DNA from: a virus | Taxonomy: Duplodnaviria; Heunggongvirae; Uroviricota; Caudoviricetes | Length of the DNA: 64,000 nt | Strand: one strand, 5' to 3' | Virus record (IMG/VR): IMGVR_UViG_2574180019_000006 | Part shown: in pieces, positions 29,101-38,114 of the stretch | Layout: each line of letters begins with the position of its first letter | How positions within the stretch are numbered: the first letter of the stretch is position 1 | Position numbers and translations under genes: made by a program | The notes under the pieces: generated by a model | What the model saw: the letters and a program-made list of their open reading frames with translations, nothing else | Told to the model about the DNA's origin: nothing | Database searches by the model: none

Positions 29101-30749
29101 CGCAGCGTGCGGCCAAGAAGGAACAGGCAGCGCAACAGAAACTGGCAGCCGGATACCAGAAGGCTCTGGACAAAGCCGATCAGCTTATGGGGCAAATGGG
29201 TGAAAGCTCTAAGGCTACGGTATCGTTTGATCAGTCTCTTCGTGATACAACGAAATCGCTGACAGATTTGGCTAATGCGGTTCCTAACGAGTTCATCACT
29301 CAAGAGATGATCGACAAGGCGAAAAAACGTCTTGAAGACCTCAAAAATGCGACACCTGAATATCGCGAGATGTTTAATCGCCGCAATGTTGAGCAGATGA
29401 TCTCCACTTGGGCACCGGAGGCGGATTCCATTATTAGTGCTGGCTATACGCCGTCTCGCGAAGAGAAAGTTGCTGATTTCGAAGACACCTACAACCGCAA
29501 TCTCAAAGCGTTGATAGAACTTCGTGATAAGGCGTCTGATCCTAAAGTTGTGGCGCTTTATACAAAGAAAATCAATCAACTGATTGCTGCTGGCAATACC
29601 GCGCTTATTAAAGAGACGGGGACTGCGACGCAGAAGTTGGCACTGGAATACGAAAACCTGGCAGAGCAGATCGAAAGCACCTGGACTGATTTGTTTAGTG
29701 GCTTAACTGATGTCCTGACTGATTTCGTTATTAACGGGAAGATGAGCTTCTCCAGCCTATCTCAGTCCATTTTGAAAGATATCACCAATATGGTCGTGAA
29801 GTCGCAGATCACGCTGCCTCTAATGAACATGTTGGGGATGGGAACCACCGCAGCTGGTAGTTCACAGAGTGGTAATTTGCTGACCGGGGTTGCTTCCGCC
29901 GTTGCCAATCAAGGGGTACGAATGGGCAACACTGTTAACGGCGACAAGTCGGTAGGAGAAGCCACGAAGGAGACGTCCAGTTCGGTAACTGGATTGGGGC
30001 AAACAACACAGCAGACCACCAGCGCAATTGGCACAGCAACAAATGCGATTGGTAGCTGGGTATCGGGGCTATTTGATAGCACCGAAGCCAAAGATGCTGA
30101 GACAAAAGCCGTGAAGGACTCCATCTTCTCGATGCAGAACCTCAGCTCTGTTACCGGCGCGCTGTCTGCCGCGTTTGCAATGCTTGGAGCTAATGCTTCC
30201 GGCTCTGGTAATAAGTGGTTGAGTTTTGGAGCAACGGTTGCATCTGGTCTTGTTTCAGCTTGGGCTGGCGGTGGATTCGATGGATTGATGTCCGGTTCTT
30301 CTGGCTCAACTTCCGGGTTCAACAATCTGACCAGTTCTGCTGCCGATGGCACGAATGGTATTCCTGCAATTCCGAAGTTTGCAAATGGTGGCATATTCGG
30401 AAAAGACGGCGTGATCCCGCTCCGGGCATACCAGAAAGGCGGTATTGCTAACTCGCCTCAATTAGCGTTGTTTGGGGAAGGTTCTATGAATGAGGCGTAT
30501 GTTCCATTGCCTGATGGCCGAACAATCCCTGTAACGCTCAGTACCGATGGTATGAGTGGAGGCGGAAATGTTCTTTCTCCTGTATCAATTGAGATCAACG
30601 TCCATAGTGACGGTAGCACGACAGAATCCGGCGATACAGAAAGCATATGGAACAATGCCGCTCAACGGATGAAAGCAATCGCGCTTGAGACTATCGCTCA
30701 AGAGAAACGCCCTGGCGGATCACTCAACCCAAACACTCAACGTAACTAA
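26172..30749 (+). CDS. tail tape measure protein
   Basis: About 1525 aa, long helical Ala/Gln/Lys-rich regions; ATG at 26172 with AAGGGA RBS. Confidence 0.9.
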   Translation: MSQNVEFILSLEDKQFTASIDRAGKLLTRFGEQVTKPAQKIQTFERSLGSVARIIGVLESKLDSTADKLQDVAAGFELASDATRKMRGNITSLNSGLKALIERVDTTTSSVDKLTASLRKVQSELNDFSDWATYASKSASRFGTEVKEASASVSGMNTRLNTTTKRLSNWGVTTSQAAEGLKKVREQMDEVIGRQQLISKPVRVRTSGSGDGGSGRRSGASGHSGKSNEGGMFSGLRGNIFLLGEIGDAARTVTDIMFGWQKPIVEAAAEMERMRVMLRGLNKEKSNPGQAAADDMKYIVDMAQNAPFAMQALTDSFVKFRSAGLDPTDGSLKALVDSVARFGGDSELLKRAAVAVQQMSGKGVVSMEELRQQLGEAVPNAMQAMADAAGITMGELTKAVASGTVEAKQALSLMFVGLRAENENAAKDMMQTYTGALAQLQTSFTLFADRVGQAGYLDSLSKGMKELASIMNSAEGISFANSLGSGLTTAIDGLRQLAQWLAKNQELVINLGKIVAAMVAFKLMRAGIMGVVGAGSQMVSTFATMATAIQTPFNLGATAVTRFNRAARMGLAPIPSLIFAIRGAITGLKGAFAGLTAFIAANPIGAAFTVATVAVAGLITYMTMLRSETSKVVDEIRKIPEAMTAAKRAQMAEYKARLEQQITQKEQELKSGEKVVYGPGMAGTTVKINQDERKRIENELNDLRKKRDKTTGAIERGDIAVAKRLAKDAAESQIEKIREENRDFAATFAKARQEALEKIQKINDDDSLSDDEKNKLLAPLRETVNKSYLEPAQKLVDSLSSRKNATEKQIATLNDQLEKAKKDGNTEQIQKLQGSIRGYQEHLEAVAQELTQAEFERDNAAKTGKGVMSNQGTVLGLGTTDKAAQKALAQYMRNQMDSATYQRTLPDGTPMMDFEGKPIIGPKQLKTQLNLQKASSASSLEKMSDEERAAAIAALTKAREQDAAAAEKAAQRSANASQRAAKKEQAAQQKLAAGYQKALDKADQLMGQMGESSKATVSFDQSLRDTTKSLTDLANAVPNEFITQEMIDKAKKRLEDLKNATPEYREMFNRRNVEQMISTWAPEADSIISAGYTPSREEKVADFEDTYNRNLKALIELRDKASDPKVVALYTKKINQLIAAGNTALIKETGTATQKLALEYENLAEQIESTWTDLFSGLTDVLTDFVINGKMSFSSLSQSILKDITNMVVKSQITLPLMNMLGMGTTAAGSSQSGNLLTGVASAVANQGVRMGNTVNGDKSVGEATKETSSSVTGLGQTTQQTTSAIGTATNAIGSWVSGLFDSTEAKDAETKAVKDSIFSMQNLSSVTGALSAAFAMLGANASGSGNKWLSFGATVASGLVSAWAGGGFDGLMSGSSGSTSGFNNLTSSAADGTNGIPAIPKFANGGIFGKDGVIPLRAYQKGGIANSPQLALFGEGSMNEAYVPLPDGRTIPVTLSTDGMSGGGNVLSPVSIEINVHSDGSTTESGDTESIWNNAAQRMKAIALETIAQEKRPGGSLNPNTQRN

Positions 30750-30791
30750 CTATCGACTGCCCCGACCGGGGCGGTCTCACAAGGATGTGAG

Positions 30792-31127
30792 ATGGAAAGA
30801 CAAACGTTTAATTGGTATCCAGATTACGAATCTGAAAAGAGCGTAAAACCGAATGTAACGGTACTTAATTTTGGTGATGACTACGAGCAGCGACAGGCTC
30901 AAGGTCTTAATCGTATTAAAGAAGAATGGTCGTTAACCTTTACCAGATCATACAACGAAATTAATGCAATCGATGACTTCCTGACTGAGCGAGCAGGCGT
31001 TGAGTCGTTCTATTGGGTTAATCCAAGAGGAAAACGGATTGTAGTTGTATGTGACAGTCATACGGTCAAGCGATATCAGGGGTACTGTGTCTTAACTGCT
31101 ACATTCAGACAAGTATTTGAGGCTTAA
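30792..31127 (+). CDS. minor tail protein (lambda M-like)
   Basis: 111 aa, immediately after the tape measure. Confidence 0.6.
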   Translation: MERQTFNWYPDYESEKSVKPNVTVLNFGDDYEQRQAQGLNRIKEEWSLTFTRSYNEINAIDDFLTERAGVESFYWVNPRGKRIVVVCDSHTVKRYQGYCVLTATFRQVFEA

Positions 31128-31176
31128 GCATCTGGATAAGTAAGTACTAATTTACTATCATTGTGGCGTTGACAGG

Positions 31177-31908
31177 ATGTTAGCGCCTACTTATTTCAAG
31201 GATGAAACAATGGGAATTAAAGCTGATATTCAGAGCTTATCTCCCTCTGCACTCATTGAGTTGTTCGTACTGGATATGTCGAACACAACTTCAGGGGGGA
31301 AGCTATTCTTCCACGCCGGAACAAACGAACTGATGCAACCGGTCGTCTGGCAAGGAGTGACATACGAGCCGTGGCCAATCAAAGCATCAGGCTTTGACAA
31401 AACTGGCCAGGGAACGTTGCCACGTCCAAAAATTCAGGTATCGAACTTTGCCGGAACCGTCTCTGCGGAAGTTCAGGCGAACGACGATCTTGTTGGCTGC
31501 CGCATTATTCGCAAGATGACGCTGGCTCGCTTCCTCGATGCCGTTAATTTTAAAGACGGTAATCCAACAGCAGATCCAAACCAACATTTCCCGGATGAAA
31601 TGTGGTTTATCGAACAGAAAACGCTCGAAACTCATCAGGTTGTCGAGTTTGAGTTGTCCAGTGTGTTCGATTTGATGGGGGTGCAACTGCCGTATCGTCA
31701 GATCATTAAAAACACCTGCCCGTGGAAATACCGAGGGCCAGAATGCGGCTATACCGGTCCATATTTCGACAAAAATAACCAGCAGACGTCTATGTCTGGT
31801 GCTGATTACTGCACAAAACGTTATGACGCCTGTAATGCGCGTCGGAATTATTTTGCCAACGGAGTGATCCATTTTGGCGGGTTTATTGGAGCTACGCGAT
31901 ATGGGTAA
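31177..31908 (+). CDS. minor tail protein (lambda L-like)
   Basis: C-terminal cysteine cluster (CPWKYRGPECGY...C...C), as in the lambda L Fe-S motif. Confidence 0.65.
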   Translation: MLAPTYFKDETMGIKADIQSLSPSALIELFVLDMSNTTSGGKLFFHAGTNELMQPVVWQGVTYEPWPIKASGFDKTGQGTLPRPKIQVSNFAGTVSAEVQANDDLVGCRIIRKMTLARFLDAVNFKDGNPTADPNQHFPDEMWFIEQKTLETHQVVEFELSSVFDLMGVQLPYRQIIKNTCPWKYRGPECGYTGPYFDKNNQQTSMSGADYCTKRYDACNARRNYFANGVIHFGGFIGATRYG

Positions 31909-32698
31909 TAAAGCAATCCCTGAGCTTGGCTCTGATGTTATGCAGCAAATCTATCTCTGCGCCATAAATCGCTACCCTAATGAAGCGTGTGGCTTTCTGG
32001 TGAGAACTAATGGCGACAAATATCGCTTTATGGAAGCGCGAAATGTTTCGGAGAACCCGCAGAACACTTTTGTAATGCACGTTGACGACATTATGGCGGC
32101 AGAGGATGCGGGTGATGTTATCGCAATCTGGCATTCACATACTGATGAATCAGCAGAAGCATCTGATGCCGATCGTGCAGGCTGTGAAGCGACGGAAGTT
32201 CCGTGGATGATTCTGGCTATTCGCAAGAATGTTGAGGGAGATGCCCCTTTCCATTTTAGCGAGATGAATGTGATCACACCTGATGGTTTCGAAATGCCAT
32301 ACCTGGGTAGACCGTATGTATTTGGCGTATTCGATTGCTGGATGTTGTGTCGGGACTATTTGAAGCGTGAGTTTAACGTCGAACTGAACCCGAACGCACA
32401 CCTGCATATTCCATCGTGGTACACCGGCGATAACGACATTCTCGACCAGAACTACCGAAACGAAGGATTGGTACGGCTTGCGCCTGGAACAGAACCTCAA
32501 CGTGGGGACGTCTTCTTTATCCAATACGGAAAAATGCCTGACCACTGTGCGGTTTATATCGGCGATGGAATGATTCTTCATCACCAGATCGACCGCCTTA
32601 GTTGTCGTGCTTATTACGGCGGGATGTATCAGAAACATACGACGCATCACTTGCGTCACAGAGACTTGCTCAAGGGAGATGAGACGTGTCTGAGTTAG
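31901..32698 (+). CDS. tail assembly protein (lambda K-like; MPN/JAB plus NlpC/P60 domains)
   Basis: JAMM-like HSHTDES...S..D and NlpC/P60-like Cys (FDCW) and His; ATG at 31901. Confidence 0.7.
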   Translation: MGNKAIPELGSDVMQQIYLCAINRYPNEACGFLVRTNGDKYRFMEARNVSENPQNTFVMHVDDIMAAEDAGDVIAIWHSHTDESAEASDADRAGCEATEVPWMILAIRKNVEGDAPFHFSEMNVITPDGFEMPYLGRPYVFGVFDCWMLCRDYLKREFNVELNPNAHLHIPSWYTGDNDILDQNYRNEGLVRLAPGTEPQRGDVFFIQYGKMPDHCAVYIGDGMILHHQIDRLSCRAYYGGMYQKHTTHHLRHRDLLKGDETCLS

Positions 32699-33279
32699 TT
32701 CATGTGCAGCTTGGCGGCCCTATGGCCAAACATTTTGGCCGCCACTGGCATCTAAAGGTGCGCAATACAAAACAGGCTCTGGATTTAATTGAGGCCAACA
32801 AGCCTGGGTTTAAAGCATGGATGAAGCGCAACATCAAAACCTATGACAGATACCACATCCAGATCACCAATAAACAGGGCCACAAGTGGTCTGTGGACGA
32901 GAGTGAATATCAGATGATGGGGCAGTCTGACAACATAGCCAAAATCCGCATTACCCCTGTTCCGCGAGGAAGCGGCGGTTCTGCTTTTGGGTGGTTTCAG
33001 ACGGTAGTAGGAGCCGCTTTGTTGGTTGTATCGGCGGTAATGATGCCCGCTCTTGCGCCTCTCGGTTTGTCACTGATGATGGGCGGTATAGCGCAAATCA
33101 TATCTCCGCAAGCCACTAACGAAAGTGTGAGGCAGGCGGATAACTCGAACTCTTATTACTTTGATGGACCTCAAAACACAACAAACCAGGGGAACCCTGT
33201 ACAGCTTATCTATGGCGAGGAAATTTTAGTTGGCTCACAGGTCGTGAGTTCTTCTATCACCATCGACCAGCTTATGTAA
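32686..33279 (+). CDS. tail assembly protein (lambda I-like)
   Basis: C-terminal hydrophobic segment; position between K and J homologues. Confidence 0.65.
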   Translation: MSELVHVQLGGPMAKHFGRHWHLKVRNTKQALDLIEANKPGFKAWMKRNIKTYDRYHIQITNKQGHKWSVDESEYQMMGQSDNIAKIRITPVPRGSGGSAFGWFQTVVGAALLVVSAVMMPALAPLGLSLMMGGIAQIISPQATNESVRQADNSNSYYFDGPQNTTNQGNPVQLIYGEEILVGSQVVSSSITIDQLM

Positions 33280-33296
33280 TCAAGGATTTTTTGGAC

Positions 33297-36200
33297 ATGG
33301 AACAGTTCAAGAAGAAAAAATTACCGCTTCTTATTGCCGGTGCTGGAGGCAAGAAAAGTAAAAGCTCCAGCCGTACCCCGGTTGAAGCTGATGATACTGT
33401 CAATTCTCGTGCTATGGCAGCCATCCTCGACCTTCTTGGCGAGGGGGTTATCGGTGGCCTGGTAAATGGCGCAAAGTCGATCTTCATCGACGATTTACCG
33501 ATCTTGAATGAAGATGGCTCTTCCAACTTCAGCGGTATTACATGGGATTTTCGTGACGGCTCACAAGACCAGACGCCAATGGCTGGTTTTGATTTTGTCG
33601 AAACGCCTAAGTCCGTAAATATTCAGCTTAAAAAAACACACGACGTTACGGTTTCAATCGATAACGATGAAGCTGATCGCGTTCGTGTCATCATGAAATT
33701 CCCCTCTTTACGTAGCGTTGATAAAAGCTCTGGCGATACAAATGGCACTACGGTGAAGTACAAATTCCAGATCGCCAACGGAGACGCAACATTTTCTGAT
33801 GTAGTGGCAGAAGGTGAGAAAAGCGTTGATATCACGCTAACGGCAAAGAAAACCGGCGTGTATTACCGTAGCTATGAGCTGAAACTGCCTAAACCTGGCC
33901 GTGCATACAAGGTTCGGGTGATTCGTCTTACGGATGATAACAGTAGCCAGTACCTCTACAACGATACCTGGGTTGATTCCATCGGTGAGATTGTAGATAC
34001 CCCCATGAACTACCCTAACTCTGCACTTGTTGGCTTAAAGGTCAATTCAGAGCAGTTTGGTAGCACAATGCCTTCCCGTTCGTATTTGGTGCGCGGTATC
34101 AAAATTCGAGTGCCGTCAAACTACAACGAATACACCAATACTTATGTCGGCGTATGGGACGGTACTTTTAAGCTGTTGTCTTCTTCAAACCCTGCGTGGA
34201 TTCTCTACGATTTGCTTACCAATACTCGGTATGGTCTTGGGCAATTTGTGTCGGAATCCATGATTGACCTCGGCCAGCTCTACCAGATTGGTCGATATTG
34301 TGACGAAGAGGTCGATGATGGCTTTGGGGGTAAAGAGAAACGCTTTGCAATCAATACGCAGATCACCAGTCGACAAGACGCATACCGATTAATTCAGGAT
34401 ATTGCCGGTGCATTCCGCGGCATGGTGTTTTGGGCTGGTGGCATGGTTAACATCATGCAGGATAGCCCATCAGATCCGGTAATGATGTTTACCAACTCCA
34501 ACGTCAAAGATGGACTGTTTACCTATAAAGGTTCTGCGCGTAAAGATCGCCCATCCGTTGCGCTCGTAACCTACAACAACAAGGAGGACGGTTATAAGCA
34601 AAACATCGAGTACGTTGAAGATCAGGACGCAATGCGCCGTTATGGTGAGCGTAAAACAGAAGTCGTAGCATTTGGATGTACAAGCCGAGGCCAGGCTCAC
34701 CGAGTTGGTTTGTGGCTTTTGTATACCGCCAGAATGGAGTCGGATGTAATTACATTTACTGCCGGCTTAGACGCCTCATTTCTGATGCCCGGTGAAACCG
34801 TTCTGATTCAGAACAAATATCGTGCAGGTAAACGTAACTCCGGTCGAATTGTGGAGTTTACCAAAAACAGCATCACTCTCGATGCGCCTGTGTCGTTAGC
34901 TAAAAGCGGCAGCTTTATTCGGATATTGAATCAGGAAGGCAAAATCGTTGAACGCGATGTTCTTGAAACTGGCGAAAACATAACAAAGGTTACGTTTTCA
35001 AAAGCCCTGTCGTCAGCGGAAACGCCTGTTTTGAACGGTGTCTGGACAATTACAGAACCAGATCTCGAACCTATGCGCGTTCGCATCGTTAACATCGCAC
35101 AGGGGGAAACGTCGGGTAGCTTTGACATCACCGCTGTTGAGAACAATCCGTCTAAATATGAGGCAATCGACAATGGTGCAACGCTGATCCCGCAGAATAC
35201 GACGGTATTGGACCCAACTTACTCCAAGCCATCTAATCTGCAAATCACTGAAGGGACTTATCTCTCAAGCCCGGGCAACCTGTCAGTAAAACTGACTGCA
35301 ACATGGGAAGGGAAATCTCCAGAGTATTGGATCAGTTGGCGACGTTCTGATGAAAACAATGTATCGAACTGGCAATCGGCGCGTGTAACCGAAGAGCAAT
35401 ACGAAATCGTTAATGTCGCGGAGAATGGACGCTACGACTTCCAGCTGTATGCGGTTTCATTCAACGGTAAAAAAACAGAGATTATCAGTACCGTTTATCA
35501 GGTGTTGGGCACAATGACACCGCCTGATGCCCCAACGTCATTAACGGCCGTTGGAGACTATCGTAATGTGATACTGAATTGGGTTAATCCAGATTCGGTA
35601 GACCTTGATCACATTAATGTTTACGCATCCCAGACCAACAATCTGGATACGGCGAAACTGATCGCAGAGTCTGCAAGCACCACCTTTACACATGCTGGTC
35701 TTGGGGATAGCGAAACGTGGTATTACTGGGTTCGAGCATCGAACAAGCGAGGTATGTTAAGTCCTCCGAACTCAAACTTGGGTACAGAGGCGACAACTCG
35801 CGATGTACTGTCGTTCCTGACTGGCAAAATTACATCTTCCGAGCTTGGTCAGGCTCTGCTTGAAGACATCAACAGCAAAGTCTCTCAAGAAGCAGTTGAC
35901 GAGTTAAATGAGCATATCAACCAGAGCGTCGAATCTTTAGAGGGGGCGGTAAACGACGTTAAGGAAGATATAGCTGAATTAGATAAGCAGTTCAGCGATA
36001 ACCTCGCGGGTTTTGAAATAAAATTCAACGAGCGTAGCGATGCTTTGGAGAACGCACAAACCGAGCTTAAAGGTGAGGTTTCGGCAACGATTGACAAGGT
36101 CAATGAAGCGTTTGAAAAAATTGATGCTACTGATGCTGCAATTGTTGAAATCGAAAACACCGTATCTGAACACGATAAAGCTCTCGCTAATACAGTCGAG

Positions 36201-38021
36201 GCAATAAAGGCTGCAAGAGATGAAGCGGCGGCTCTTATTGCTAAGGAAAGCGAGGCTCGTGTTGAAGGCGATGCTGCAAACGCTAAACAACTGGAAGTGT
36301 TGCAGTCAACGGTAGAGGAAAGTTCCGCAGCCGTTGAAGAAATGAAAAAGACGGTTGCAGAGGTCGATCGTGCCAGTGCAGAACTGACTACGAACATTGA
36401 AGCGTTAGCTAAAACAAATATTGACCTGGCTCTTCGTCAAGATGAAGACCAGCACAAGCAGATGGTCAATAACGCGAAGATCGCAACAACACAGAAAACC
36501 TTTGCTGATGATATGTCTGCAATGGCCACGAAGGTTGAGGAAATTCGCGTAGAAATTGGCGAAGACATTAAGGCCAGTATTCTGGAAGAGTCCACCGCTC
36601 GTGCCGATGGCGATGAAGCGTTGGCAAAGCGTGTCACTCAGCTGCAATCTAAGTTTGAAGGAGATATCAGCGCGGCGATTAGTACAGAACAGGAGGCTCG
36701 TACATCTGCCGATGAAGCTTTGACGAAACAAATAACTCAGCTTGAGTCGAAAGTAAGCAACGATATTGTCGCAGCCATTAAGGAAGAGCAAGAAGCCCGA
36801 GCAACGGAAGATTCGGCTCTGGCAAGCCAGATCACCCAACTTCAGGCAAAAGTTGATGATGATATTTCTGCTGCAATACGCAGTGAGCAGGAGGCCCGAG
36901 CAAGCGGGGACTCTGCGTTAGCCAAACAAATAAACCAGCTTCAGTCAAAGGTTGACGGTGATATATCCGCTGCCATCACTCAGGAGCAGGAGGCCAGAGC
37001 AAGTGCTGACCAGGCGCTCTCACGAGAAATTAACAGCCTGCGAGCACAAACCGGAACTGATATTGCCGCAGCGGTTGCTGTAGAGACAAAAGCAAGGACT
37101 GATGCCGATAGTGCATTGTCTACCCAGATTACGTCTCTTACAGCAAAAGCTAATGATCTCAAGGCGTCTCTTGCCAGAGAAACAACGGCTCGTGCAGATG
37201 GTGATACCGCTTTAACAAAAGAGGTTTCAAGTTTAAAAGCACAGACAGCGAAAGATATTAGTGCGGCCGTTGCAGTTGAAACGCAGGCTCGAACTGATGC
37301 TGACTCGGCGTTGTCGTCTCAGATCACCAAGCTGACCTCTCAATACAAAGAGGATATTAAAGCGGCTGTAGTAACCGAAACGAAAACGCGTACAGAGCAA
37401 GATGCTGCATTGGCGACTCAAATCACAAACTTAGAGTCTCAAACGGCAGCCAACATTTCCGCGGCGGTCACAACTGAAACGACAGCGAGAACGCGGGCAG
37501 ATAATGCTCTGAGTGGGCGAATCGATACTCTGAAAGCAGAGGTGAATGGAAATACCGCGACAATTCAACAGCAGGCAACAGCTATTGCTGATACCAACAA
37601 AAAAGTGTCAACCGCGTGGACGTTGAAAATGGAGACTTCAACGAGCGGAGGGCAGAAGTATGTTGCCGGTATTGCGCTTGGTATTGACACCACTGGGCTA
37701 TCTCAGTTTTTGGTTCAGGCGGACAGGTTTGGTTTGGTCAACTCTGTTAACGGGAAGATCACAACGCCATTTGTTATCGAAAACAGTATCGCCTATATGA
37801 ATGGAGCGTATATCAAGGATGGCACAATCACCAATGCAAAAGTAGGCGATCTGCAATCTACCAATTTTGTTAGCGGTAGATCTGGATGGCGATTCGGCAA
37901 AAATGGAACGCTTGAGATCAACGGTAATAGCGGCGGCAATGGGCGATTGGTTATAAATGGTCAGCGGATTGACGTTTATGACGATAACAACGTCCTACGA
38001 GTAAGAATTGGCCGTCTGTGA
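33297..38021 (+). CDS. central tail fibre / host specificity protein (lambda J-like) with internal coiled-coil repeat insertion
   Basis: Segments recalled from lambda J (YPNSALVG..SEQFGS, AFGCTSRGQAHRVGLWL, GKITSSELG); ATG at 33297. Confidence 0.9.
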   Translation: MEQFKKKKLPLLIAGAGGKKSKSSSRTPVEADDTVNSRAMAAILDLLGEGVIGGLVNGAKSIFIDDLPILNEDGSSNFSGITWDFRDGSQDQTPMAGFDFVETPKSVNIQLKKTHDVTVSIDNDEADRVRVIMKFPSLRSVDKSSGDTNGTTVKYKFQIANGDATFSDVVAEGEKSVDITLTAKKTGVYYRSYELKLPKPGRAYKVRVIRLTDDNSSQYLYNDTWVDSIGEIVDTPMNYPNSALVGLKVNSEQFGSTMPSRSYLVRGIKIRVPSNYNEYTNTYVGVWDGTFKLLSSSNPAWILYDLLTNTRYGLGQFVSESMIDLGQLYQIGRYCDEEVDDGFGGKEKRFAINTQITSRQDAYRLIQDIAGAFRGMVFWAGGMVNIMQDSPSDPVMMFTNSNVKDGLFTYKGSARKDRPSVALVTYNNKEDGYKQNIEYVEDQDAMRRYGERKTEVVAFGCTSRGQAHRVGLWLLYTARMESDVITFTAGLDASFLMPGETVLIQNKYRAGKRNSGRIVEFTKNSITLDAPVSLAKSGSFIRILNQEGKIVERDVLETGENITKVTFSKALSSAETPVLNGVWTITEPDLEPMRVRIVNIAQGETSGSFDITAVENNPSKYEAIDNGATLIPQNTTVLDPTYSKPSNLQITEGTYLSSPGNLSVKLTATWEGKSPEYWISWRRSDENNVSNWQSARVTEEQYEIVNVAENGRYDFQLYAVSFNGKKTEIISTVYQVLGTMTPPDAPTSLTAVGDYRNVILNWVNPDSVDLDHINVYASQTNNLDTAKLIAESASTTFTHAGLGDSETWYYWVRASNKRGMLSPPNSNLGTEATTRDVLSFLTGKITSSELGQALLEDINSKVSQEAVDELNEHINQSVESLEGAVNDVKEDIAELDKQFSDNLAGFEIKFNERSDALENAQTELKGEVSATIDKVNEAFEKIDATDAAIVEIENTVSEHDKALANTVEAIKAARDEAAALIAKESEARVEGDAANAKQLEVLQSTVEESSAAVEEMKKTVAEVDRASAELTTNIEALAKTNIDLALRQDEDQHKQMVNNAKIATTQKTFADDMSAMATKVEEIRVEIGEDIKASILEESTARADGDEALAKRVTQLQSKFEGDISAAISTEQEARTSADEALTKQITQLESKVSNDIVAAIKEEQEARATEDSALASQITQLQAKVDDDISAAIRSEQEARASGDSALAKQINQLQSKVDGDISAAITQEQEARASADQALSREINSLRAQTGTDIAAAVAVETKARTDADSALSTQITSLTAKANDLKASLARETTARADGDTALTKEVSSLKAQTAKDISAAVAVETQARTDADSALSSQITKLTSQYKEDIKAAVVTETKTRTEQDAALATQITNLESQTAANISAAVTTETTARTRADNALSGRIDTLKAEVNGNTATIQQQATAIADTNKKVSTAWTLKMETSTSGGQKYVAGIALGIDTTGLSQFLVQADRFGLVNSVNGKITTPFVIENSIAYMNGAYIKDGTITNAKVGDLQSTNFVSGRSGWRFGKNGTLEINGNSGGNGRLVINGQRIDVYDDNNVLRVRIGRL

Positions 38022-38114
38022 TGGTGGAAAAAAAATTTTATATCGGTAAAAATAGGTAGGTATATACTTAATGGCGGGCAAGGATAGCCCGCCAAATCAA
38101 GGAGCATATTCAAC

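Noticed and set aside
26285-30655. Multiple ORFs on both strands inside the tape measure gene
   Set aside because: Overlap or antisense to a 1500-aa gene with clear tape-measure character; typical spurious ORFs in a long GC-balanced gene.
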